DNA of 64,000 nt. It comes from Candidatus Poribacteria bacterium (GTDB taxonomy: Bacteria > Poribacteria > WGA-4E > WGA-3G). A model generated the notes under the pieces. The model did no database searches, was not told the DNA's origin, and saw nothing but the letters and a program-made list of their open reading frames with translations. The DNA lies in the NCBI GenBank assembly GCA_965197475.1, contig CBDANF010000003.1:1536001-1600000 (forward strand), in the 5' to 3' direction. Shown here piece after piece: positions 19,140-30,224 of this stretch. The first letter of the stretch is position 1. Each line of letters opens with the position of its first letter. Position numbers and translations under genes: made by a program.

Positions 19140-20309
19140 CTAAAAATCTTGCTGAATCCCATCCTTGACGATGAGAACAATCGTTTCAATATCTTCATAG
19201 ATTGCCTCTCCATTGAGGTCAAAAGAGAAAGGACCTAAGATCGTGGGAAAATGCAAAGTCTTTGCCAGTGCGTCCCGAATTGCGGTTGAATCTGTTGATT
19301 CTGCTTTCGCAATCGCAGCCGCCAGAATATTGAGTGTGGCATACGCCTGTGCTGCCCAAGGTTCCGGGGTAAATCCGTATTTCGTCATGTAACTCTGGAC
19401 GAAGGCTTGGTTTTCCGGTGTGTTAGTCAGACTTGACCATCCCGCAAAAGCTATCGCGCCCTCTGCGGCACTATCCGCATTTTGAGCTTCAGCATTAGTC
19501 AAATCAGGAACAATCAACTCAACATCACTTGATATTCCGTCTTCTCCGCGTGCTTGTATTATTATCTCAGTCATCTGTTTTGACAAAGCAGCGATAAAGA
19601 GTGCATCAGGTTGAGTTTCAAGGTTCTTTATATTGCTTATTAATTGTGTCGAATAATCGGCAGCTTCCCTGTCGAATGCTTCCTCGGTCAGAATGTTAAC
19701 ACCTTTTTCCTCAAGTGCCTTCTTCAATTCATCTTTAACACTTATGGAGTAGGTATCAACCTCATCATATATCACCGCTACGTTTTGATATACCAGTTTC
19801 GCATGAGTCTTTGTCACGCCACCGGGAACCAGTATATTTGTGGCGATGCCAGCGCGGAAGGCATAATCCCCAATCTCACCACTCAAGCCAGCAGCGGAGG
19901 AAATCGGGCTAAAAGCAACCACTCCAGCAGCTTGTGCTATCGGAAAAGCCTGTTTGAGATGCCTTGAGATACCAATACCAATGATCGCAGAGACATCTTG
20001 ATCTACCAATGCTTGAACGGATGCCTTCCCACCCTCTATAGTGCTCAGAGCGTCTTCATATACGAACTTAATGTTTGCTCCCTTCATATTAAGCTCTTCT
20101 TTTGCTAATTCAAGACCACGTTTCATTGGAAGCCCATACGGTTTGGCGTGTTCCCCTGTCTCTGCTACGGCGATACCGATAGTAACCTCTTGAGGCGTGT
20201 CACCATCAGGAGGCACCATCGTCATCATCTTTTCGCAACCGGAAAACCCCACAGCTAAAGCAATAATTGCCAAAACAGATGTGAATATTGTGATTTTTTT
20301 AATGTACAT
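19140..20309 (-). CDS. ABC substrate-binding lipoprotein (LivJ/LivK-like)
   Basis: Lipobox FSGC; periplasmic binding protein type 1 pattern; paralog of 21388 and 22636. Confidence 0.88.
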   Translation of the reverse strand: MYIKKITIFTSVLAIIALAVGFSGCEKMMTMVPPDGDTPQEVTIGIAVAETGEHAKPYGLPMKRGLELAKEELNMKGANIKFVYEDALSTIEGGKASVQALVDQDVSAIIGIGISRHLKQAFPIAQAAGVVAFSPISSAAGLSGEIGDYAFRAGIATNILVPGGVTKTHAKLVYQNVAVIYDEVDTYSISVKDELKKALEEKGVNILTEEAFDREAADYSTQLISNIKNLETQPDALFIAALSKQMTEIIIQARGEDGISSDVELIVPDLTNAEAQNADSAAEGAIAFAGWSSLTNTPENQAFVQSYMTKYGFTPEPWAAQAYATLNILAAAIAKAESTDSTAIRDALAKTLHFPTILGPFSFDLNGEAIYEDIETIVLIVKDGIQQDF

Positions 20310-20748
20310 GTTGAATCTCCTTTATTTTAAGTTAAAAACTCAGGAGGGTAATTACGTTACTACCCTCTCCCAGATAAGTTAACGCTGAAAAAACGAATTT
20401 TGTATCAAGTCTTTCTTGATATCCAAAACTACCTAAGGTCAAGCATTCCAACCTGAAGTTTGATGTGAAAAACTTAACCTTCTCTTATTATTTCATAATT
20501 TGGAAGTTAGTGTCAACTAAAAACGAAAATCATTGTTCGATTGTTTTGCGCTTGACATTGAATTGATTTTTTACTAAAATCAAATTTTAAATGTGTGGCA
20601 ATTTTATTGTCGGTGCGCTTAGAAGCGCGCTTTCAATGATTTCCAAGTAATTAATCGATCAGTTTATAGGTTGGTTGAACACATTGATAGTCAACAAATC
20701 ATATTTTGAGGTACACTCTAAAAACCCGATTAGGGGAGGAGAAATATC

Positions 20749-21180
20749 ATGGAAGCCCTCAAGAAAGTTATAGGCGTTGTTCTCATCATCATTGCGGCAA
20801 TAGTCGCAATCCACACAGTCATTGAACCTTTATACTACACTTCCACTGGAGATAGCCCATACAGTCCTATTTGGGATTCTATTAACGTAATCTCTGCAAT
20901 TTCAATAGTGTTAGGGTTAATATTTAGTTACATTCGCCTGAACAAAGTCGGAGACAATTCAAGCGTTCAAGAGTTCATAGCGGCTAATACGTTATTCTAC
21001 GGGTTTATGTTTGGAGCCATATTATTCTTCTGGAACTGGTTTGGCATTCTCAATGCCACAACCTTTACCGCTGTCGCTGGAGAAACACGATCGGTGGTAT
21101 GGATTATTTTCGATGCCTTACTCCCGTTGTTGAATGGTGCTTTAGGGGCACACTTGCTGCGCTCAAGTGCCAGCGAATAG
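20749..21180 (+). CDS. Four-TM hypothetical membrane protein
   Basis: GGAGGAG RBS; four hydrophobic segments. Confidence 0.75.
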   Translation: MEALKKVIGVVLIIIAAIVAIHTVIEPLYYTSTGDSPYSPIWDSINVISAISIVLGLIFSYIRLNKVGDNSSVQEFIAANTLFYGFMFGAILFFWNWFGILNATTFTAVAGETRSVVWIIFDALLPLLNGALGAHLLRSSASE

Positions 21181-21387
21181 GCAACAGAGTCTGTCAGTTT
21201 TTTAGAATACAAACATTGTTCTTCTGCGTTCACTTGTCGGACACAGAAGTTTTATTTTGAAATGAACCCATTTAAAGTAGATTTAATATAAATTCTACAC
21301 AAATTGTGTTATAATTAAAATTATATTCAACCAAAATAGAAAATTTTGATTACTCATACTATACGGTAGTCTATACAATTATAGGAG

Positions 21388-22536
21388 ATGTTTATGAACA
21401 CAAAAATTTTTAGATTAACATTATGCGTATTACTCACACTTTCAGTTGCTTGGCTTTCTGGATGTGAAAAAATGATGGATATGGTCCCTCCTCCAGATAA
21501 CGAAACGACGCTTAAAGTGGGGTTGATTCATCCGCAGCCAAACTACACCAGTTTTGGCAAAGGGGCAGAACTGTCACTTGCCGAAATCAACGCAGCTGGC
21601 GGTGTTCTTGGGATGCCAGTTGAATTTATTTATAGAGAGGAATTAACTGAAACCGTCGCTCAGTCTGCGACAGAATTAGCTGAGATGGAAAATGTTGTTG
21701 CGATATTAGGGCCCCTCTTTTCGAGCCATGCGGTGAAAGTTGGACCCGTTGCCACTGTGCCGGTCCTTCTGGGAGCCACAAGGGCAGAGGTGACGGCTGA
21801 AGCAACAGACCCTAACGATTTCATGTTTCTTGTAGCAGGTTCTAATGTGTTGCAGGCAGAACTTCTGGCTAAAGTTGTTGTAAATCAACTCAAAAAGAAA
21901 ACCGCCGCAATGATTTGGCAGAATAAGGATGTGTATTCTGAGGGTTTTGTCGGATCATTTAAGGCAAGTTTTACAGAACTTGGTGGAAACGTAGTTGTAG
22001 AGAAAACCTATGAGGGGATCGACGAGACGATGTTTGATTCACAACTTACTGCAGTTAAAGAGGCAAATCCTGATGTCCTTCTTCTCGCCAGTTTTCCGGA
22101 AGCAGTACCACGGATAATGGCACAAGCAAAGGAAATGGGAATTACATCTACCTTTATTGGCAGCGATGGTTGGGATGATCCGTTGATGTCTACGACTTTA
22201 GAGGATAATGAACCTGTTGATGGTTACTTCTGTACCAACTTAGATCCGGATGCTGTAGGTTTTATTTCTACTTATGCAATGGAATATGGCTCTGTTGATG
22301 GGATTGCTGCAACTGGCTATGATGCCATGAAAATTTTGGCAATGGCAATTGAGAGCGTAGGATCGGCCGATGATCCGGGTGCGATTCGAGATGCAATCGC
22401 TAAAATTACAAACTATAAAGGTGCTACAACTATCTCTCGTTTCGATGAGAACCGTAATCCTGTCAAAAGTGTTGGGGTGCGGCAAATTCTTAATGGAATG
22501 CCGCAGTCTGACATAATTTTAGCAGCACCTGAATAG
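21388..22536 (+). CDS. ABC substrate-binding lipoprotein (LivJ-like)
   Basis: Lipobox LSGC; INAAGGVLG, ILGPLFS and GSDGW. Confidence 0.88.
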   Translation: MFMNTKIFRLTLCVLLTLSVAWLSGCEKMMDMVPPPDNETTLKVGLIHPQPNYTSFGKGAELSLAEINAAGGVLGMPVEFIYREELTETVAQSATELAEMENVVAILGPLFSSHAVKVGPVATVPVLLGATRAEVTAEATDPNDFMFLVAGSNVLQAELLAKVVVNQLKKKTAAMIWQNKDVYSEGFVGSFKASFTELGGNVVVEKTYEGIDETMFDSQLTAVKEANPDVLLLASFPEAVPRIMAQAKEMGITSTFIGSDGWDDPLMSTTLEDNEPVDGYFCTNLDPDAVGFISTYAMEYGSVDGIAATGYDAMKILAMAIESVGSADDPGAIRDAIAKITNYKGATTISRFDENRNPVKSVGVRQILNGMPQSDIILAAPE

Positions 22537-22635
22537 GCGCAAAACGATTCAACGCAGACCTATTCAAACAAGTCCGAGTTCTCAATGATGTGAGAACTTG
22601 GACATTTTAAAATTTTAGCAAATAAGGAGATCAAA

Positions 22636-23823
22636 ATGAAGATAACAACTTTTGCGTATGTATTCGCAATTATTGTGCTGTTTGGAGGTGTTATTGGCTG
22701 CGAACGAATTGGGCAAGTTGTCCAACCTACTCAGATGGAAGGTCTCAGTGGGGAAATTAGCATTGGTGTCGTTTTACCTCAGACAGGTCACTTAGGACCG
22801 GGTGAATTCGGTCCGGGTGCTTCAGTGATGGAAAATAGTTTTAACATGGCACTCGAAGAAATCAACGCATCACCACTGCTCGGTGATGCAAAACTCAAAT
22901 TCATCATTGAGGACGATATGAGTACTGCCGAAGGTGCAGTTGCGGCTTTCAATAAACTAATCCATCAAGACAAGATTTCAGTTATCCTCGGTGTCTGGAC
23001 ATCAGAAGTCGCTAAATCTGTTTTTCCGATTGCACAAGAAAACCGGGTTGTGGCTTTCAGTCCTGTCGTCATTGCCTCTGGCTTGACTGAGATTGGCGAA
23101 TTTATTTTCCGAGCCAGCCACGCTACAGATGTCCTGATTCCTGGAGGTGTTAAGGTTACACAGGAGAAACTCGGTTATCAACGAGTAGCGACTATAGTGG
23201 ATACAGTTGATGAAGCATCGCGGAGTAGTGACGAGATATACAGGAAAACACTCGTTGAAAACGGTGTTGAGGTACTACCTCCAGAGACTTTCGAGACTGG
23301 TGCTACCAACTTTTATGAGCAATTAACTCGGATAAAGGATTTGAATCCGGAAGCGATTTTTGTCTCTGCCCAACAAATTGAGGTTATTAAGATTCTCACC
23401 CAAGGACGAGAGGTCGGGATTCCTGCTGATATTCCGTTTATTAGTCTTGTCCTGTCTATAGATGAGATTCAAAGTGCGGGGGATGCCGCCGAAGGTGCTA
23501 TCACCTTCACCGATTGGGTCAGCACGGCTGACACGCCTGGGAATCAAGATTTCGTTCAGAATTACACCGCGAAATACGGTATGGAACCAAGCGTTTGGGC
23601 TGCGCAGCCTTATGCCGCTGTCTATATCCTTACAGAAGCGATCAGAAACGCGCAATCAATGGATTCAGAGGCGATCGCTGCTGCGCTCGCTGAGATCAAA
23701 GATTTTCAAACCATTTTGGGTAAGTTTTCTTTTGATTCTAACGGAGACGCTATTTACGACCCTGTTGTCTTAATTGTAAGGAATGGCAAACTTGAGGTTT
23801 ACGATCAGGAATCTATCCAATAA
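22636..23823 (+). CDS. ABC substrate-binding lipoprotein (LivJ-like)
   Basis: Lipobox VIGC; IGVVLPQTG and LGKFSFD. Confidence 0.88.
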   Translation: MKITTFAYVFAIIVLFGGVIGCERIGQVVQPTQMEGLSGEISIGVVLPQTGHLGPGEFGPGASVMENSFNMALEEINASPLLGDAKLKFIIEDDMSTAEGAVAAFNKLIHQDKISVILGVWTSEVAKSVFPIAQENRVVAFSPVVIASGLTEIGEFIFRASHATDVLIPGGVKVTQEKLGYQRVATIVDTVDEASRSSDEIYRKTLVENGVEVLPPETFETGATNFYEQLTRIKDLNPEAIFVSAQQIEVIKILTQGREVGIPADIPFISLVLSIDEIQSAGDAAEGAITFTDWVSTADTPGNQDFVQNYTAKYGMEPSVWAAQPYAAVYILTEAIRNAQSMDSEAIAAALAEIKDFQTILGKFSFDSNGDAIYDPVVLIVRNGKLEVYDQESIQ

Positions 23824-23827
23824 ATAG

Positions 23828-23870
23828 AAGCGCGCTGCAACGGAATTTCAAATTCCGTTGCAGCGCGCTT
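23828..23870. terminator. Bidirectional terminator hairpin
   Basis: Perfect 21-bp inverted repeat AAGCGCGCTGCAACGGAATTT between convergent genes. Confidence 0.8.
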
Positions 23871-23898
23871 TACTTTTTACATAACCAAAGTTTTTGTG

Positions 23899-25098
23899 TT
23901 ACTCAAATGTAAACTGTGCGACAACACCAGCGTGGTCAGAGGGCCACAACCCGGAAGGAAGTCGGTCAGACGGTTTATCGCCGACCGTGAATGACAAGAC
24001 AGGTAGGGATACATCCATATTTCGCACAAAGATTTGGTCAATCCGTACCGTGAAATTGCTCACCTCATTTAATATGTCATCGTCTTGACAGCACGTGTTG
24101 CCAGCCTCGTTTCCAACCCTCATGGCATAAAGTTTGCTTATTATATCATTAGCCTTGCGATTTGCAATTGCGCAAGCTATGCATGAAGGATCGTCAGCAT
24201 CTAGACAGCAGGCGTAGGGCCAATCATCAAGAGGCCATACGTCAACATACCCAGCCGATAGCAACATCTGATATCCCGATCCATCGGTTGCTCTCGTATT
24301 GAAATCCCCTAACAATATAATCGGCATGGTCTCGCCGCTGAGAATATCCACAAGTTCTTGTGTTTGGGCAACCCTATTTACCTCTGCAAATGCTTCTAAA
24401 TGTGTATTAACAACACGGTAAGTGACACCAGAAACAGTGGCATCAACCGCAGCATATCCTCTTTTTACTTCTAGACCGAGCAGTATCTCTATAGTAAGCG
24501 CATTTGCGTAGTTTGCACTCATCGGACGTGATATTTCAACATCACTTCGCGCCAATATCACATCATAATCGGTTAATCGGATATCGTCAAATCCCGTATC
24601 AGTAGACATCGGCATTTCAATATCTATGTTTTCAACTTTTGCAGCGACTTGATAATTTAAGCCTTCTGCTTGAAGCGCGCCCATCAAGATTTGCAGATAA
24701 TCCAAGATTACTTCTTGAGGAAGAACATTCTCGCCTGAAAGGAAGTCACTCGGACTTTGGCGGCGGATTAGCGATATTTCTTGTAGCCCGATAACGTGCG
24801 GTTGATGTGCTTTTATAGATTTGGCAATTGCTGTTGCACGACTTGGAAAATCGGATGCCATAACGTTGTTATACATGGTAGCAACTTCTGTTGGTGCTTG
24901 TAGCAAATTTTCTACAGAAAGGAGTGGTTCTGCACTGCTGCCAACGTATACATTATAGGTCATCACAGTGAGCGGTGCTGCATCTGAGGTATCGGGTGGT
25001 GGTATCACTGTGTCTGTTATTCTTTCACACCCTGACACGGCAAAAAGTATTACAAATAACAAAAAAACAATCTTTAATTTTGACAAAGTTTCCTCCAA
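23899..25098 (-). CDS. Endonuclease/exonuclease/phosphatase family lipoprotein
   Basis: MTYN, LQE, NTHL, GDFN, RIDQIF and SDH motifs; lipobox VSGC. Confidence 0.9.
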   Translation of the reverse strand: MEETLSKLKIVFLLFVILFAVSGCERITDTVIPPPDTSDAAPLTVMTYNVYVGSSAEPLLSVENLLQAPTEVATMYNNVMASDFPSRATAIAKSIKAHQPHVIGLQEISLIRRQSPSDFLSGENVLPQEVILDYLQILMGALQAEGLNYQVAAKVENIDIEMPMSTDTGFDDIRLTDYDVILARSDVEISRPMSANYANALTIEILLGLEVKRGYAAVDATVSGVTYRVVNTHLEAFAEVNRVAQTQELVDILSGETMPIILLGDFNTRATDGSGYQMLLSAGYVDVWPLDDWPYACCLDADDPSCIACAIANRKANDIISKLYAMRVGNEAGNTCCQDDDILNEVSNFTVRIDQIFVRNMDVSLPVLSFTVGDKPSDRLPSGLWPSDHAGVVAQFTFE

Positions 25099-25221
25099 GG
25101 GAATAGTGTAAGACGAGGCTTTTGCCTCAATTTTATTAGATATTATAACGATTTAGTTGCGGATGTCATTGGTTTATGAAATCTTAATAAATATCATTAC
25201 CGAGACAAAATACCCAAAATT

Positions 25222-27477
25222 TCATTCACTCAGCTTCCCAAGGAAAGGGTTCTTGAGTTGCTTTTTCGGAGCATCTAAAGCCGAATTTACTGCTGGAACT
25301 TCTGGATCCCCATAGATCTCAACGTAATTATTATAACTGTTGATAACCTTTTTGATGTGCAACCGTGTTTCTCGGATAGTAATCTTTTCAACGAATTCGT
25401 CAAGGTCTTTGATATTTTTCGATTCCAACCACCGCTGCATTCGCCCTGGACCGCCGTTATATGCACCAGATACCAGCAGTGCATTACCATCAAAAATAGA
25501 ATTTAGATAGCCGATATATTTAGTACCCATTCGTATATTAACCTCAGGGTCCTTAAGCATTGAGGTGCGGAATCGGCGGATATTGAGTTGGCGTGCAAGT
25601 TGTCTACCGGTAGCAGGCATAATCTGCATCAGACCGATCGCCCCTGCCCAACTAATAGCGTCCTTCCGATACCTACTCTCCTCTAAAATCATAGCGAAAA
25701 TTAAGGCGGTGTCTACCTTATATTGCTTAGCGTACTTCTTAACCAACTGTTCAAAATGGAGTGGGTAGAGCAATCTGCGGAGTTTTGCTAAATCTCTACT
25801 CGGTTGATTCTGGAATGATGGACTCGTCAGTGCTTTATAGACTATCTCACGAGCTTTCTCATACCTTGACATATTTTCGTAACACGTAATCAATGTATAG
25901 TAACATTCCTTTGCAGCATTTGGTGTTTGATTGATGTAGTACGAGAGTTGATAAACAGCATCTTCATAAAGTCTAAGTTTCATTAACATTGGGATGTGCT
26001 CTGGGCACGTTATCTGCTTTGGCAATTTTGCATCCGGTATGGCTTTCGGTTCTAATTCAGAGGCGGTGATCCCAAGAATCGCCTTTGCCCTCGCGCTGTA
26101 ATACCAATATCGTGCTTTTGCCACTTCGGTATATATCTCTTGAGCAAGTTCAGGTTTATTTTGACGTTCCCGAATCTTTGCCATCCAGAAATGCGCTCCC
26201 ATCGCATAGCGATTACCAGGGAAATTCTCCTTCAATCCCTTAAATGCTTTGTAACTCTCTTCATACTGTTTTTGGTCAAACCGTTGCCATCCAATTCGCC
26301 ATGCTGCCAAATCCGCATAGTCGCTATCGGGAGCTACTTCAATTAACCTTGAATATACCTTGAGTACCAATTCAGACTTTTCCTGTTTTTCATGAATTTG
26401 CGCAATATCGTATAGTGCGTTATCAACAAATTGGCTCCAAGGGTACATTTTCACAAAACTTTCAAGGCGGTTTACAGCAGTTGTGAGACTCCCCTTTTGT
26501 CTATAGCATTGCGCGATTTGGTAATGTGCACGCGTTAGATATTCAGTTTTGCCACCAAGAGCGATAACCGCATTGTATTTTTTCATTGCAGTATTATACC
26601 ACTTCCGGCCCTGATAACTCTGTCCCAGATGGTAGAGTGCACGGCCTCTCAATTTCATATCCGAACTTGTCGTAAGTGGCGTAAGTTCATCTATGGATGA
26701 TTTCCAACTTTTTTGGTAATAATGTACTAATCCACAATTCAATCGATCCTTAGGTGTAAGTACCAGGGATTTATGATCACCCGCAAGCATTTTCAACTTC
26801 ATGACTACGCCTTCTGCGACTGTATCTGAATGCGTTTTAGCTATGAGTTTTTGATACATTTCAAAAGCTGTCGAAAAGTTGCTTAATCCTTCTTCACAAC
26901 GTGCCAACGCATAAGCGGCCTGACGGGCAAAACGCTGTTCGTTCAAAATCTCAACACAAAGTGTTTTTGCGTCTACATACTTTTTTTGTTTTAAGTAAAG
27001 TTGAGCAAGCTTCCATTTTGCATCTATAAGATAGGGGCTTGTCGGGTTATCCTTTACGAGATGCTTATACCATTTTATTGCTTTTATCTCGTTATTCATT
27101 CCTTCATAAAGCTTTGCGAGACGATACGCCGCAGTATCCGCAAGTGGATAGTCATGAGTGATAACCCTAACGTAGTTGCCAACTGCTTTTGGACGATTCT
27201 GCAGCTTCTCATAGTTATAACCGAGTGCGTGATGAATCTCAAGTTTTTCTGATTCGGACAGATCCGTTTGCAATAAACTTTCTAATTTCGACACCGCAAG
27301 TTTGTGATTACCCTTATCAACGGCTGCGAAAGCAGCTTCCCATATTGGGCTGTGCCTTTGTTCCGCGAAAACCAACGTTCCAGATATGAAGCAGCAAAAG
27401 ACAAGGACGAATGAAACTATTAGGAATGTTAGAATTTTGGTGGGATGACGTTTGATAATAGATTGTATGGTTTTCAT
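25222..27477 (-). CDS. Soluble lytic transglycosylase (Slt70-like) with TPR repeats
   Basis: EES, AIGLMQIMP, AYNGG and ET motifs; TPR superhelix at the N-terminus. Confidence 0.92.
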   Translation of the reverse strand: MKTIQSIIKRHPTKILTFLIVSFVLVFCCFISGTLVFAEQRHSPIWEAAFAAVDKGNHKLAVSKLESLLQTDLSESEKLEIHHALGYNYEKLQNRPKAVGNYVRVITHDYPLADTAAYRLAKLYEGMNNEIKAIKWYKHLVKDNPTSPYLIDAKWKLAQLYLKQKKYVDAKTLCVEILNEQRFARQAAYALARCEEGLSNFSTAFEMYQKLIAKTHSDTVAEGVVMKLKMLAGDHKSLVLTPKDRLNCGLVHYYQKSWKSSIDELTPLTTSSDMKLRGRALYHLGQSYQGRKWYNTAMKKYNAVIALGGKTEYLTRAHYQIAQCYRQKGSLTTAVNRLESFVKMYPWSQFVDNALYDIAQIHEKQEKSELVLKVYSRLIEVAPDSDYADLAAWRIGWQRFDQKQYEESYKAFKGLKENFPGNRYAMGAHFWMAKIRERQNKPELAQEIYTEVAKARYWYYSARAKAILGITASELEPKAIPDAKLPKQITCPEHIPMLMKLRLYEDAVYQLSYYINQTPNAAKECYYTLITCYENMSRYEKAREIVYKALTSPSFQNQPSRDLAKLRRLLYPLHFEQLVKKYAKQYKVDTALIFAMILEESRYRKDAISWAGAIGLMQIMPATGRQLARQLNIRRFRTSMLKDPEVNIRMGTKYIGYLNSIFDGNALLVSGAYNGGPGRMQRWLESKNIKDLDEFVEKITIRETRLHIKKVINSYNNYVEIYGDPEVPAVNSALDAPKKQLKNPFLGKLSE

Positions 27478-27859
27478 TTTTTAGCGACAAGCGTAATGTA
27501 CGCTTTTGTCCTCCTCATGTGAATTCACGTGAATTGAACCGTAATAGTAGATATTTTATATAAAATTGGTGTAGACAAAGATTTTCCATCTAAACAGTAT
27601 ATTGTAACGTTACTTTTAAACGAAAGGCAACAAAAAATAGTGTGAGGACGCATTGTTAGTGATAGAATGGGAGATTATTCTCTATCAACTTAGGATTTTG
27701 AATAAAATCCTAAGTTTACATCTTGCTTGATATTATAAAGAAAGATTCTCATGGTCACTTACAATTAGGCACGTTGCAAATGATTTGTTATATTTTATTT
27801 GCCAGATTTGCAATAATATGGTATACTTTCTTTAATTTTTATGGTCAGAGAGGTGAATT

Positions 27860-28636
27860 GTGATGGAAATTGTAGCACTTGGCAAAACAGGTTTAGATGT
27901 TTCACGGCTTTCAATTGGCACAGGGTCAAACGGATGGAATGGACGTTCAAATCAGACAGATTTGGGATTTGAAGGGTTGCGCGATCTTCTGCTGTTTGCT
28001 CATGAAAACGGGGTTACGTTTTGGGATTCTGCCGACCAATATGGGAGTCATCCGCATATCAAAGAGGCTCTCAAACATGTGCCTCGGAATAGTGTAACTA
28101 TCACCACAAAAACAGTATCTCGAACTGCAGAAGAAGTAGAGGCAGATGTTAAACGGTTCCTAAAAGAAATTGATTCTGATTATGTTGATATTGTGTTACT
28201 ACACTGCCTCACGCAGGTAGATTGGCCACAACGTTATCCTGATGCAATGGAAGCACTTGCACGTTGTAAAGAGCAAGGATTAATTCGCGCACACGGTGTT
28301 TCTTGCCACGACTTCGGTGCATTCCAAACAGCCGCTATGACCGAGTGGGTTGAAGTTGTGTTGGCTCGGATAAATCATGCGGGTGTTTCAATGGACGCTT
28401 CCCCTGCCGATATCATCCGAACAATGGAACAGATGGCGTTTGTTGGTAAGGGTATTTACGGCATGAAGGTCTTAGGAATGGGTAAATTAGCGAAAGATTC
28501 TGAGGGTCAACGCGATGCAATCGAATTTGTAATGGGGTTACCCTGTGTTCACGCTATGACTATCGGCATGACTTCTCGTGCTGAAGTGGAAGCAAACGTA
28601 GCCGTTGTGAATGAATTGTCGGAGAGCGGTATATAA
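27860..28636 (+). CDS. Aldo/keto reductase
   Basis: LGKTGLDVSRL, DSADQYG, IVLLH and GVS. Confidence 0.9.
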   Translation: MMEIVALGKTGLDVSRLSIGTGSNGWNGRSNQTDLGFEGLRDLLLFAHENGVTFWDSADQYGSHPHIKEALKHVPRNSVTITTKTVSRTAEEVEADVKRFLKEIDSDYVDIVLLHCLTQVDWPQRYPDAMEALARCKEQGLIRAHGVSCHDFGAFQTAAMTEWVEVVLARINHAGVSMDASPADIIRTMEQMAFVGKGIYGMKVLGMGKLAKDSEGQRDAIEFVMGLPCVHAMTIGMTSRAEVEANVAVVNELSESGI

Positions 28637-28737
28637 CGGAATTGTATTATATTGTAGCGCGAGATGTCCTACCTTGCATCTTAAGATGGATACTCGCGCT
28701 GTTTCTTATAGCATGCAACTAAAACAAGAGTGAATTC

Positions 28738-30183
28738 ATGGAAAAATATGAAATAGTTATTGGTCTGGAAATCCACGCAGAATTATGCACAGAGAGTAAG
28801 TTATTCTGCAACTGTGCTTATACTTTCGGCGCATCGGCAAATGACTGCACATGTCCAATCTGTTTAGGGATGCCGGGGACACTGCCGGTTATCAATAAAC
28901 GCGCGTTGGAGTTCGCTGTTCGCGCGGGCTTAGCGATGAATTGTGAAATAACGTCATATAGTAAGTTCGATCGGAAAAACTATTTCTATCCTGATCTGCC
29001 GAAAAACTATCAGATTTCGCAGTATGATCTTCCATTGTGTAAAAATGGTGAGGTGACATTTGAATTTGAGGGACAACCCCGCACCGTTGCACTCCGTAGG
29101 ATTCATTTGGAAGAGGATGCTGGAAAATCTATTCACGCCGAAGTCACGGGTGATCCTACCCGCAGTTTTATGGATTTCAATCGTGCTGGTGTACCACTAA
29201 TGGAAATTGTAAGCGAGCCAGAAATTCATTCCACTGAAGAAGCGATCGCCTACTGCCGTGCAGTTAAAGAGATTTTAGAATACATTGAAGTAAGCGATTG
29301 TAATATGGAGGAGGGCAGCCTTCGCTGTGAACCGAATATATCGCTGCGTCCAAAAGGTAGTCACGAATTGGGAACGCGCACTGAAATTAAAAACAAAAAC
29401 TCGTTTCAAGAGCTACTTGTCGCAATGGATTACGAGGTGAAACGGCAGGCACGTATCCTTGATTCAGGTGGCAAGGTTGTCCAAGAAACTCTGCTGTTTG
29501 ATGCAAATACGGGTAAGACTGTTGCGATGCGCGGAAAGGAAGAAGCGGACGATTACCGTTATTTCCCTGAACCCGATCTGGTTCACGTTCAGGTAGATGA
29601 TGAATGGATTGATGAGATACAGCCAACGCTCCCAGAACTTCCTGCTGTCCGCCGTAAAAGGTTTATTGCGGACTACGACATCTCCCCCGAAAACGCTGAA
29701 TTTCTAACCACCACTCGGCAAATTGCTGATTTCTTTGATGAAGCTGCACAACTCAGCGGCGAACCTACGACCTGCGCAAACTGGATAATGAGTGATCTCA
29801 CACGACTATTGAACACAACTGAAATAGAGATACAAGATTCCAAAGTAACTCCTTCTCATCTCAATGAACTCATTCAGTTGATAGACAATGATACCATCAG
29901 CGGGAAGATTGCCAAATCTGTGCTTGATGATGCTTTTGACACCGGCAAAATGCCGAAACAGATTGTTGAAGAAAAAGGCTTATCACAGATTACCGATACA
30001 TCAGAGATAGAAACAATTGTCTTACAGGTTATTGAGGAGCATCCCGGTCCTACCCAGGATTATCGGGATGGCACGAAGAAAGCCATCGGATTTCTTGTTG
30101 GGCAAGTGATGCGCGCAACTCGCGGCAAGGCAAATCCGCAATTAGTAAATCAAATTTTGGCGCGGGTTTTGACAGAAAATTAG
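28738..30183 (+). CDS. gatB: Asp/Glu-tRNA amidotransferase subunit B
   Basis: IGLEIH, FDRKNYFYPDLPKNYQISQ, HLEEDAGK and DYRYFPEPD. Confidence 0.98.
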   Translation: MEKYEIVIGLEIHAELCTESKLFCNCAYTFGASANDCTCPICLGMPGTLPVINKRALEFAVRAGLAMNCEITSYSKFDRKNYFYPDLPKNYQISQYDLPLCKNGEVTFEFEGQPRTVALRRIHLEEDAGKSIHAEVTGDPTRSFMDFNRAGVPLMEIVSEPEIHSTEEAIAYCRAVKEILEYIEVSDCNMEEGSLRCEPNISLRPKGSHELGTRTEIKNKNSFQELLVAMDYEVKRQARILDSGGKVVQETLLFDANTGKTVAMRGKEEADDYRYFPEPDLVHVQVDDEWIDEIQPTLPELPAVRRKRFIADYDISPENAEFLTTTRQIADFFDEAAQLSGEPTTCANWIMSDLTRLLNTTEIEIQDSKVTPSHLNELIQLIDNDTISGKIAKSVLDDAFDTGKMPKQIVEEKGLSQITDTSEIETIVLQVIEEHPGPTQDYRDGTKKAIGFLVGQVMRATRGKANPQLVNQILARVLTEN

Positions 30184-30224
30184 GATATCCAATAGTCTCG
30201 CCACTGACGAAACAAGGAGAATTT

